Made by a program: the position numbers and the translations under genes. A DNA stretch of 64,000 nucleotides from an uncultured Thermoleophilia bacterium (GTDB lineage Bacteria > Actinomycetota > Thermoleophilia > UBA2241). The notes beneath the pieces are model-generated. The model was not told the DNA's origin, did no database searches, and saw only the letters and a program-made list of their open reading frames with translations. Below, one piece after another: positions 23,346 through 31,746 of this stretch. Position 1 is the first letter of the stretch, and each line of letters opens with the position of its first letter. The DNA lies in assembly GCA_963715985.1 (NCBI GenBank), contig CAVQSP010000021.1, positions 1 through 64,000 on the forward strand. Direction: 5' to 3'.

Positions 23346-24268
23346 GGATCCTGATCGCCGAAGACGACGCCACCTCGCGCCTGCTGCTCAAGCGTGTGCT
23401 CGAGTCGTGGGGCTACGAGGTGGAGGTGACGCGAGACGGGGATGAGGCCTGGCGGCGCCTCAGCGACCCGGACGGCCCCCGGCTCGCCATCCTCGATTGG
23501 ATGATGCCCGGGATGGACGGCGTCGAGGTGTGCAGCCGGGTGCGGACCCTCGAGACCATGCAGCCGCCGTACATCATCCTGCTCACCTCCCTCGGCGAGA
23601 AGGACAGTGTGATCGCGGGTCTGGAGGCCGGCGCCGACGACTACCTCAGCAAGCCGTACGACGCCGCCGAGCTCCACGCCCGCGTGGAGGTGGGGCGGCG
23701 TCTGGTCGAGCTCAACGAGCGGCTCCTGGAGGCTCAGCGCGTGGTGGAGGAGCTCGCCCGCACCGACGCCCTCACGGGCATCAGGAACCGGGGTGCGATC
23801 CTTGAGATCCTGGAAGCTGAGGTCGCGCGCGCCGAGCGGGAAGGCACATCTCTCGGTCTCGGCATGCTCGACATCGACCACTTCAAGGAGGTCAACGACT
23901 CGTCCGGTCACGCCGCCGGCGACGAAGTGCTGCGCGAGGTGGTGCGGCGCATCGTGAGCGTGCTGCGGCCCTACGACACGCTGGGGCGCTTCGGCGGCGA
24001 GGAGTTCCTGCTCGTCGTCCCGGGTGTCGACGTGCTCGAGTTGGGCGTGGTGTGCGAGCGGATCCGCCGCGTGGTGACGGCGTCGCCCATCGAGGTGTCG
24101 GGGCACAGCTTCGCCATCACCGCGAGCCTGGGCGCGGCGCTGCGCAAGCGGGAGTCGCCGGACGGTCTCATCGCGCGCGCCGACTACGCGCTCTACACGG
24201 CCAAGGACGACGGCAGGGACAGGGTCGTCATGGCGGACGGCGCTGACGCAGGCGGGGCGGAGCAGTGA
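23342..24268 (+). CDS. Response-regulator diguanylate cyclase (REC-GGDEF)
   Basis: LDWMMP receiver; DALTG, DIDHFK, I-site RPYD, GGEEF; overlaps the kinase stop. Confidence 0.93.
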   Translation: MRILIAEDDATSRLLLKRVLESWGYEVEVTRDGDEAWRRLSDPDGPRLAILDWMMPGMDGVEVCSRVRTLETMQPPYIILLTSLGEKDSVIAGLEAGADDYLSKPYDAAELHARVEVGRRLVELNERLLEAQRVVEELARTDALTGIRNRGAILEILEAEVARAEREGTSLGLGMLDIDHFKEVNDSSGHAAGDEVLREVVRRIVSVLRPYDTLGRFGGEEFLLVVPGVDVLELGVVCERIRRVVTASPIEVSGHSFAITASLGAALRKRESPDGLIARADYALYTAKDDGRDRVVMADGADAGGAEQ

Positions 24269-24381
24269 TCGCGAGGTAGTCGGCGGTCTGACGTCCGGCG
24301 GCCCGGCGGCCGGCCGCCCGGGATACGGGGGCGCTCGCGGCACCCGCGGCGCTTGCGGCACTGGCGCCGCCCGCCCGCGCT

Positions 24382-24912
24382 TCAGCGCAGCGGCTGCTTC
24401 ATCATCCGCAGCGTGTGCGCCAGCGACTCCACCGTGAGCAGCTCGCGCTGCCGCGCAGCAGGCACAGAAGGGAGCACGTCCCGGATGGCCTCGGTATGCA
24501 GCGGCACGATCTCCGCGCCGATATCACGCAGCAGATCGGCGACGCCGCCGCTCGCGGTGAGGTCAAGCGGTGCGCCCACGAGAGGCAGCCGCAGCTCCCG
24601 CGCCACGGCGAGGGTCCAGCGCACCCACTCGTCGTCGAGCGTGCGTGGGCCGTACAGGCAGACGGTGGCGGCGCAGCGCTTGAGCCGCAGCGCGAGGCTC
24701 GCCCGGATGAGGCCGGCGCGCTGGGCGCTGAACGGCTCGCTGGGCACCGCGTAGTCGAGCCCGGCCACTCCCGCGACACGCAGGCTCGCGGCAAGCGGCC
24801 GTGCCTGCGCCAGGTCGTCGCCGGCGAAGGTGAGGAACAATCTGGGCAGCGCGTGCGCAGCGTCGGGCACGACGGACCTCCGGCTGCTCGTCCGGACTCC
24901 AGGCACCGGCAT
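24382..24912 (-). CDS. TIR-like (ThsB/MTH538-type) domain protein lacking the catalytic Glu
   Basis: RLFLTFAGDD...LDYAVPSEPF...RLKRCAATVCLYGPRT...WVRWTL...LPLVG resembles the ThsB pattern; start approximate. Confidence 0.65.
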   Translation of the reverse strand: MPVPGVRTSSRRSVVPDAAHALPRLFLTFAGDDLAQARPLAASLRVAGVAGLDYAVPSEPFSAQRAGLIRASLALRLKRCAATVCLYGPRTLDDEWVRWTLAVARELRLPLVGAPLDLTASGGVADLLRDIGAEIVPLHTEAIRDVLPSVPAARQRELLTVESLAHTLRMMKQPLR

Positions 24913-24995
24913 GTTCGCGCCGCGGCGGCCGCCTCCTGCACGCGCCTGCGGTGCGGCGGGCGCCGCGGTCCGGCGCGGCCTGCCTCCGCTGGCTC

Positions 24996-25427
24996 TCAGC
25001 CGAGCAGGTGCATCCCGCAGTACGAGCGGACCGGCTTGACCAGCGCGAGGATGACGATAGCCGCCGCGACCACCCCGTAGGCCGGTTGCAGCCACGAGAA
25101 CGGGATGATCGTGATCTCGACGACGAGCCAGATGATGAGCCCGGAGCCGACGGCGAACGCCAGGAACCAGCCCACGCGCGGGCGGAGCAGCAGGACGATC
25201 GCGGCCACGAGCGGCACCACGCCGAGCACGAGCAGCAGGATCAGGCCGGGGACGAGGTAGTCGGAGAAGGGCGACCCCTCCAGGCTCGACACCGGCATCT
25301 TCATGACCGAGCCGTCCGGGGCGGCCACGAGGGCGATGCCCCCGGCCAGGCCGCCGAGGGCCTGGAAGATCAGCACGACGATGAGGCCCCAGAGTGCGGC
25401 GGGGCGGCGGGGTCGTTCGCCGTTCAC
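24996..25427 (-). CDS. Conserved hypothetical 4-TM membrane protein
   Basis: GGIALVAAPDGS...LEGSPFSDYLVPGLIL; GGAGG RBS. Confidence 0.75.
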   Translation of the reverse strand: MNGERPRRPAALWGLIVVLIFQALGGLAGGIALVAAPDGSVMKMPVSSLEGSPFSDYLVPGLILLLVLGVVPLVAAIVLLLRPRVGWFLAFAVGSGLIIWLVVEITIIPFSWLQPAYGVVAAAIVILALVKPVRSYCGMHLLG

Positions 25428-25566
25428 GTTCCCTCCCTGTCCTTGTCGGTGCGGCGGACCCCAATGGTATCCGTCGCGACCCTGTGTGGCACATGCAGAT
25501 TGACCCGCGGTGCTGGGGGAACACTGAGCCCGACACCTTGTGAGCGTCCGCGAAGGAAGGGCGGCC

Positions 25567-25935
25567 ATGGTCGAGCTGTACACCCATGCAGTGTGGGTCG
25601 TGAGGTCCGGGTGCGAGGACGAGTTCGTGGCCCGTTGGCGCGAGATGGCGGAGTGGACCGCGGAGAACGTGCCCGGCGCGGGCACCGCGCGCCTGCTGCA
25701 GGATGAGGACCACCACGGCAGGTTCATCAGCCTCGGCCCATGGGAGAGCCGCGAGGCGGTGTCGTCGTGGAACTCGCTGCTCGGCTTCCAGGAGCGCATC
25801 GGGAGGATGCGCGATCTGCTGGAGACGTTCACGCGCTCCACCATGACGCTGCGCGCGGAGGTGGACGCCGCCCGGTCCTCGTCCGAGTCGCGAGTCGTCG
25901 CTGAGCACGTGGACGCCGGTACCGCCGGCGCCTGA
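25567..25935 (+). CDS. Antibiotic biosynthesis monooxygenase (ABM)-like protein
   Basis: WVVRSGCEDEFVARW...FISLGPWES dimeric alpha/beta barrel pattern. Confidence 0.75.
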   Translation: MVELYTHAVWVVRSGCEDEFVARWREMAEWTAENVPGAGTARLLQDEDHHGRFISLGPWESREAVSSWNSLLGFQERIGRMRDLLETFTRSTMTLRAEVDAARSSSESRVVAEHVDAGTAGA

Positions 25936-26066
25936 CGGCCCACGTCCGGGCACGCGCGGCCGTCCGCGGCCGTCCACCGGCACATGCCCTGGTGAGGTTT
26001 AGGGCGTTTCGGGGCACTATTTCTTTGGTCCTAACCTGGACGCGATAGCGAACAGAGGAGAATGAA

Positions 26067-26549
26067 ATGGATCCCCGTGCTGGTAGAGGAGCCGGCTGGG
26101 TGGCGTTCTCGTCGGTGGTGCTCGGCATCGCCGGCATCTTCGGCATCATCGACGGCCTCATGGCCGTCTACAGGTCCACCTTCTTTGCGGCCGATGCGGT
26201 GTTCGCCTTCAGCGATCTCCGCACCTGGGGCTGGATCACCTTCGGTCTCGGAGTGCTGAGCCTCGCGAGTGGCATTGCCGTCGCCGGCGGCAGGGAGTGG
26301 GCCCGCTGGACCGGCGTCACCGTGGCGGGACTGGGGGCGCTCGGGCAGCTGCTCTTCGCTCAGGCGTACCCCTTGTGGGCGCTGATGCTCATGAGTCTGG
26401 ACGTGCTCGTCATCTACGGGCTGGTCGTTTACGGAGGCCGGCGTGAGGCCGTGGGCGCGCGGAATGTGCGCGACACCCGTGGCGAGGACGACTCTGGGGC
26501 CGAAGGCGCCGCCGGCGACGTCAAGGACTTCAGCCGGCGAGCGGCCTGA
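26067..26549 (+). CDS. Actinobacterial small membrane protein (DUF7144-like)
   Basis: GWVAFSSVVLGIAGIFGIIDGL, TWGWI, WARWTG, YPLW; GAGGAG RBS. Confidence 0.75.
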   Translation: MDPRAGRGAGWVAFSSVVLGIAGIFGIIDGLMAVYRSTFFAADAVFAFSDLRTWGWITFGLGVLSLASGIAVAGGREWARWTGVTVAGLGALGQLLFAQAYPLWALMLMSLDVLVIYGLVVYGGRREAVGARNVRDTRGEDDSGAEGAAGDVKDFSRRAA

Positions 26550-26669
26550 CCTCGGGCCGTCCCTGAGGGGCGATCGCGGGCGGCGGGGCGCGGCGACAGC
26601 CACGCCCCGCCGCCCGGCGCCATTTCATGGGCGCCTCCCGGCGGGCCGTGAGGGCCCTGGCGAGACGGT

Positions 26670-27232
26670 CTAGAGCTCCACCTCGTCGGGGCGTTCGCGA
26701 GTGTCCGCGGACCACTCGCGCTCGTCGAAGTCCGCGTCGGTGATCTGGCCGAGGCCCAGCTTGACGTAGCGGCCACGCGCCTCCACGGCCACGGAGCCGT
26801 CCGCGAGCAGGATCTCGCCGGTCCCTTCGAAGAGCCGGCTCGCGTCGCGCGTGATGCGTCCGAGGCAGCGGACCTCACCCTCGACGGGGAGCGGCCGGCG
26901 GTAGCGCAGCGTGAGCTCGGCGGTCACGCCCCAGGTGCCGGGGTGGAGGATGGTGATGGCGCGCCCGATGGTCTCGTCGATGATGGCGGAGCTGATGCCA
27001 CCGTGCAGGCGTCCGGGGTAGCTCTGGTGCTCGTCGCGGACGGTGAAGATGCCAAGCAGTTCGGGGCCGCCACCCTCGTCAGGCTCCAGCTCATAGAAGC
27101 GGGCGTGCAGTCCGTACGGGTTGTCGGTGCCGCACACCAGGCACCTGCGGCTGATGTTCTGCGCGGCGATGATCCTGCGCCTGTTGCGGTCCGTCTCGTC
27201 CCCCCGGAGTAGAAGCGGTCGGCTGGCATCAT
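26670..27232 (-). CDS. PaaI-family (hotdog-fold) thioesterase; probable frameshift in the G-run near 27200
   Basis: CLVCGTDNPYGL, HQSYPGRLHGGISSAIIDE. Confidence 0.85.
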
Positions 27233-27267
27233 ACGCGACCGCCGGCCAATGGGCGTCCTGGGCGGGT

Positions 27268-28731
27268 TCAGGCGGCCGGCAGAGCCACGCGGAACTCGGT
27301 GCCGGCCTCGGAGCTGGTGAAGGTGACACGACCGCCGCAGCGCCCCACGGCCGCTTTGACGATGGCGAGCCCGAGGCCGCTGCCCGGGTAGGCGGAGACG
27401 TTGCGGGCGCGGTGGAAGCGCTCGAAGATGTCGGACTGCTCTGCGACTGGGATACCCACGCCGGTGTCGGCCACGGTCACCACGACCTCGTGGCCGTGGG
27501 CCGGCAGCGCCGTGCCGTCACCGCCCGCAGTCGCGCTCTGCTTCCGTGCGGTCAGCCTGACGGTGCCGCCCTCGGGCGTGAACTTGATCGCGTTGTCCAG
27601 CAGGTTGGCGAACACCGTCTGCAGCTCGGCGCCGGCTCCGGTGACGATGAGCGGGCCGGCGACGACGTCCACCACCAGTTCCACGCCGGCCTGGTCGGCG
27701 CGCGAGGCGGCGCCTTCGGCGGCCTCGCGGGCCAGGTGCGCGACGTCCACGGCCTCGTTGGGAGGCGGCGCCTCGCCCGCTTCCAGGCGCGACAGTTGCA
27801 GCAGGCTGCCGGAGAGAGCCTCGAGACGGTTCGCCTGCTCCAGAGCCTTGTCCACGAAGCGCCGCTCCTGCTCGCTGGCGGAGGTGCGCTGGGCGAGCTC
27901 GAGGTCGGCGCGCAGCGCCGTGAGCGGTGTGCCGATCTCGTGCGCCGCGTCCGCGACGAAGCGGCGCAGCGTGGTCACAGTGCCTTGAATACGGCCGGCC
28001 ATGGCGTTGAAGGACTCGGCGAGCCGGCCGACCTCGTCGTCGCGGTCCACGTCGGCGCGGGCGCCGAGGTCGCCGTCGGCCATGCGGTCGCTGGCGGCGG
28101 TGAGCGCCACGACGGGCCGCGAGATGCGCGCGGCCACGAGGTAGCCTGCCAGCGCCGCCAGCACCACGGCCAGTGCCGCCGCCACGATCCACGCCTCGAC
28201 CACGCTGAGGAGCGCGTCCCGGCCGGACGCCGGCGCCTCGGAGATCTGCACGTAGGCGCCGTTGGTGCCGTTGATCGGGAGGCTGAGGGAGCGGCCCGAA
28301 CGAGCGCCACCGGAGCCTCCGAACAGGCCGCCGCCGAGCGGTTGCGGCAGGCGGCCCTCTTCTCCGTGGTGCCCCCGCTCGCTTCCCAGCTGCAGCAGCT
28401 CGTCGGCGCTGAGCTCGCTGGGCGAGCCTGAGTCCACGACGAGGGTGCCGTCGCCGGCGAAGACGCGGACGCGCGTGGACGTGGCCAGGGCGGCGGTGCG
28501 CGCCCACTGCGCGAGGTCGGCCGCCGTCGTGATCGGCGGCGGGTCGGTGGCCACGATCCTGGCGCTCGCCTTCAGGTAGGACTCCTCCGCGCGCCAGTAG
28601 TACGCGCCGAGCACGGCCACCATGACGCCGCCCAGGATGACCGTGGTGAGCAGGGCCATGCCGGCGTAGGTGAGCGCCAGCTTGAAGCGCAGGGAGCGCC
28701 GCCGGGGTGCGGGGACGGCGGGCGCGGTCAT
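27268..28731 (-). CDS. HAMP sensor histidine kinase (OmpR-system type)
   Basis: Two TMs, HAMP, DAAHEIGTPL, NLLDNAIKF, GSGLGL. Confidence 0.92.
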   Translation of the reverse strand: MTAPAVPAPRRRSLRFKLALTYAGMALLTTVILGGVMVAVLGAYYWRAEESYLKASARIVATDPPPITTAADLAQWARTAALATSTRVRVFAGDGTLVVDSGSPSELSADELLQLGSERGHHGEEGRLPQPLGGGLFGGSGGARSGRSLSLPINGTNGAYVQISEAPASGRDALLSVVEAWIVAAALAVVLAALAGYLVAARISRPVVALTAASDRMADGDLGARADVDRDDEVGRLAESFNAMAGRIQGTVTTLRRFVADAAHEIGTPLTALRADLELAQRTSASEQERRFVDKALEQANRLEALSGSLLQLSRLEAGEAPPPNEAVDVAHLAREAAEGAASRADQAGVELVVDVVAGPLIVTGAGAELQTVFANLLDNAIKFTPEGGTVRLTARKQSATAGGDGTALPAHGHEVVVTVADTGVGIPVAEQSDIFERFHRARNVSAYPGSGLGLAIVKAAVGRCGGRVTFTSSEAGTEFRVALPAA

Positions 28732-29438
28732 GTGGCCAGCCGGTACCCGATGCCCGGCACGGTGAGCACGATGTGCGGGTCGCTGGGCTCGGGCTCGATC
28801 TTCTCGCGCAGGCGGCGCACGTGCACGCTCACCGTCTTGTCGTCGTAGAACTCGGCGTCGCTGCCCCACACGTTCTCGATGAGCTGCCCGCGGCTGAACA
28901 CCTGCCCGGGGTGCTGGGCGAGGAAGACGAGCAGGCGGAACTCCGTGGGCGTGAGGGCGATGTGGCGGCCCTCGCGGCTCACGGTGGCACGCGTGCGGTC
29001 GATGGTGAGGTCGCCGGCGTACAGGATGTCCGCCTCGGCCGACGAGAGCTCGCCGTAGGCGCGACGCAGCAACGAGCGGATACGCGCGATGAGCTCGCGC
29101 AGGTGGTACGGCTTGGTGAGGTAGTCGTCGGCGCCCATCTCGAGGCCGACGACCTTGTCCACCGGGTCCGACTGCACCGTGAGCATGAGGATGGGCTGGC
29201 GGAGGCCGAGCTGACGCATCTCGCGACAGAAGTCGAAGCCGGAGCCGTCCGGGAGGCGCACGTCGAGGACGATGAGGGCGGGGGATCGGTCGCGAGCGAA
29301 GGTAACGCCGCCCGTGCCCGTGTCCTCCCAGTGCACGCCGTAGCCCTCGTAGCCGATGCCGTCCACGAGGGCCTGACCCACGGCGGGGTCGTCTTCTATG
29401 ACGAGGATGGTTTGGGCGCGCTCGGCCACTGTCGGCAT
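28728..29438 (-). CDS. OmpR-family response regulator
   Basis: IEDD, LDVRLP, GADDYLTKPY, winged helix VHVRRLREKIE, TVPGIGY. Confidence 0.93.
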   Translation of the reverse strand: MPTVAERAQTILVIEDDPAVGQALVDGIGYEGYGVHWEDTGTGGVTFARDRSPALIVLDVRLPDGSGFDFCREMRQLGLRQPILMLTVQSDPVDKVVGLEMGADDYLTKPYHLRELIARIRSLLRRAYGELSSAEADILYAGDLTIDRTRATVSREGRHIALTPTEFRLLVFLAQHPGQVFSRGQLIENVWGSDAEFYDDKTVSVHVRRLREKIEPEPSDPHIVLTVPGIGYRLAT

Positions 29439-29514
29439 CCTAGCACGGGGTCTGCAGAACGGGGCCCGGCCGCTCCATCCGGGGAGTGAGGGAGCGGCCG
29501 GGCCCGGTGATCGC

Positions 29515-30222
29515 TTACTGCGTCTGCGCCTGCGGGCTTGTGGACGGTGCCGGGGGCGCGCCCTGGTCGGGCACGCCGTGCCACTGGTCGTCGTCCTGGT
29601 CCCAGTCCTGGTGGCCCTGCCGGCCGTCGCCGTAGGGCGACTGGCCGTCCTGCTGGCCCCAGCCCTCGTCGCCGCCGGGGCCGTGGCCGTTGCTGCCGTC
29701 CTGGCCGTAGCCCGGCGGCATCATCTGACCGCCGCCCTGGCCGTAGCCGGGCACCATCTGACCAAGGTTCGCGTGGCGACCACCGTCGCGGCCGGCGCCG
29801 CTGCTCTTGCCGACGGCGACGCCGCCCAGGAACGTGCCGACCAAAATGACGACCGCAGCCGCGATGCCGCCGGCGATGACCCACCAGCGGCGGTTGCCGC
29901 CGCCGGATGCGACCGCCGCGGCCGGTCGGGCCGGCCCGGGCGGCGGCGGTGTGACCGCCGTCTGCACCGCCGTGGGCGCCTCGTCTGCGGCCGGCGCGGC
30001 CGCGACGTGCGTGACGGCATCGGGGGCCGGAGTGGCCGCGGCCTGAGTGACCGCCTCTGCGGCAGGTGGGGCCGCGGCCTCAGGGGCCGCCTCGGCCGCC
30101 GGAGCGGCCGCGGAGCGCCGCGGAGCATCTGCCGCCGCGGCTTCGGCCGCCTGCGTCTGCCCTGTGATCTCGTCCGGCGCCGCCCGTGGGGCGCCTGCGT
30201 TCGTGTCCGGAGTGTCCGACAT
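29515..30222 (-). CDS. Low-complexity single-TM protein with Gly/Gln-rich tail
   Basis: Ala/Pro-rich N-terminus, TM WWVIAGGIAAAVVILVG, repeats QMVPGYGQ/QMMPPGYGQ. Confidence 0.7.
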   Translation of the reverse strand: MSDTPDTNAGAPRAAPDEITGQTQAAEAAAADAPRRSAAAPAAEAAPEAAAPPAAEAVTQAAATPAPDAVTHVAAAPAADEAPTAVQTAVTPPPPGPARPAAAVASGGGNRRWWVIAGGIAAAVVILVGTFLGGVAVGKSSGAGRDGGRHANLGQMVPGYGQGGGQMMPPGYGQDGSNGHGPGGDEGWGQQDGQSPYGDGRQGHQDWDQDDDQWHGVPDQGAPPAPSTSPQAQTQ

Positions 30223-30317
30223 CTCCACACCTCTCCCTGATACGTGCACCGGCCACCGGGCGGCCGGTCTCGGCAGTGACTATGCCCGGTCGGGATTGCG
30301 ACGCGGGTGCGGGCGGT

Positions 30318-30331
30318 TTACGGCTCCGTAA
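30318..30331. promoter_or_regulatory. Palindromic operator-like site, copy 1
   Basis: TTACGG-CT-CCGTAA perfect inverted repeat; near-identical copy at 30491. Confidence 0.5.
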
Positions 30332-30490
30332 TCTCGGCGTCAGCGGGGGGTGGATCGGTGGTGAGGGCGGCGGGCCGAAGCAGGACGACCAGCCAGGCGT
30401 CCGTGAGCACGAGGCGTGCCACGAGGATCCAGACCAAGGGCCCGTGGCGCCGCAGCAGCGAGCCCGAGTCCACGAATCTCAACGTCGCGG

Positions 30491-30504
30491 TTACGAGACC
30501 GTAA
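30491..30504. promoter_or_regulatory. Palindromic operator-like site, copy 2
   Basis: TTACGA-GA-CCGTAA; both copies are followed by TC. Confidence 0.5.
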
Positions 30505-30607
30505 TCAGGTCACAAGCCGCACAGAACCTGTGGCTGGCAGGGTGACCCTGCGACGTCAGAGCCGGCGTCGCAGACAAGGCACACTACCCTGAGAGAAAGG
30601 ACCCGCG

Positions 30608-31204
30608 ATGTCGGCACGCGCTCGGCTGTTGCTCGACCTGGCGGTGTTCGGCGTGCTGCTCGTGGCGTACAACCCGGCCTGGTCCGGGCTCGCGTGGCAC
30701 GAGTGGCTGTCCGTCGCCGTGATCGTCCCCCTGCTCCTCCACCTGGTGATCAACTGGGACAAGGTCGTGCGGGTGGTGTCCACCTTCGCCGAACGGCTGC
30801 TTCACGGTTCCCGGCTCGACCTGGTGGTCGACACGGTGCTGTTCGTCGCCACCGTCATCGTCATGGTGAGCGGGCTGATGATCTCGCAGGTGGTGGCCCG
30901 CGCAGTGGGGATCACCATCGCGCCGGCGTCCATCTGGGTGTCGGTGCACGCGTGGAGCGCCGACCTCACCATCGTGCTGCTGCTGGTCCACTTCGTCCTG
31001 CACTGGCGCTGGGTCTTCAACGTCTCGCTGCGACTGGCGGGTCGCAGGGGCGCCGTCCTGCGGCCCGGCGCGCGGCCTGAGGACTTCGCGCTCGCCGGCC
31101 TCCGCGCCGAGAACCGGCGTCTGGGGCGGGCGGCAGGTCTCGAGCCGGCCCGCGAGCCCGCCCACGCCCGCGCTTCGTTCCCGACCCGTGACGCGCGCCT
31201 CTGA
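30608..31204 (+). CDS. DUF4405 membrane protein (cytochrome b-like, two His-x13-His pairs)
   Basis: HEWLSVAVIVPLLLH and HAWSADLTIVLLLVH; AAAGGA RBS. Confidence 0.85.
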   Translation: MSARARLLLDLAVFGVLLVAYNPAWSGLAWHEWLSVAVIVPLLLHLVINWDKVVRVVSTFAERLLHGSRLDLVVDTVLFVATVIVMVSGLMISQVVARAVGITIAPASIWVSVHAWSADLTIVLLLVHFVLHWRWVFNVSLRLAGRRGAVLRPGARPEDFALAGLRAENRRLGRAAGLEPAREPAHARASFPTRDARL

Positions 31205-31238
31205 GCGCGTGACCTCGACCCCTCACTCTGGAGGACCT

Positions 31239-31595
31239 GTGAAGAAGAAGAACACGCTCAAGAACCTCATCACCGTCCTGGTGCTGACGGCGTTCACCGC
31301 TATCGCGGTGGTGGCCACCGTGCAGGCTACGGGTCGCATCCTCGGCACCGGCACGGCCTCTGCGGCCGCAGCGACCGCCCAGCAGAGCACCGCGCAGAGT
31401 GGCTCCGGCTCCAGTCAGGGCAGCGGTCAGGGCTACGACCAGCAGCAGTACGGCCAGGGCGGCAGCTCCTCCGGTGGCGGCTCATCCGGCAGCAGTCCCA
31501 CGAACAGCGACGTGTTCACGCCGGATCCCGAGACCGGTCTGTACACCTGTCCGGGCACGGGCTGTCAATCCTCCAGCTGCCACGCCCTGAACTAG
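31239..31595 (+). CDS. Small exported/anchored protein ending in CPGTGCQSSSCH
   Basis: GGAGG RBS, basic-plus-hydrophobic N-terminus, Ser/Gly/Gln linker, C-terminal 3-Cys/His motif. Confidence 0.75.
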   Translation: MKKKNTLKNLITVLVLTAFTAIAVVATVQATGRILGTGTASAAAATAQQSTAQSGSGSSQGSGQGYDQQQYGQGGSSSGGGSSGSSPTNSDVFTPDPETGLYTCPGTGCQSSSCHALN

Positions 31596-31613
31596 GCGCG
31601 GCGTCCGGTAGAA

Positions 31614-31668
31614 GAGGCCCCGCTCTCCGGGTCGCGGCGGCTCGGCCGCCGGCGGAGAGCGGGGCCTC
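31614..31668 (+). terminator. Stem-loop after the DUF4405 operon
   Basis: gaggccccgctctccg ... cggagagcggggcctc inverted repeat. Confidence 0.7.
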
Positions 31669-31746
31669 CGCGCATCCCGGCACGCGTACGCGGCGTGGCC
31701 GGCCCCGGCGTACGATCGCTGAGGCGCGAACGGCCCAGGAGTACCG

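Noticed and set aside
24382-25935. Complete Thoeris defence system
   Set aside because: No ThsA-type effector is adjacent and the TIR lacks the catalytic Glu
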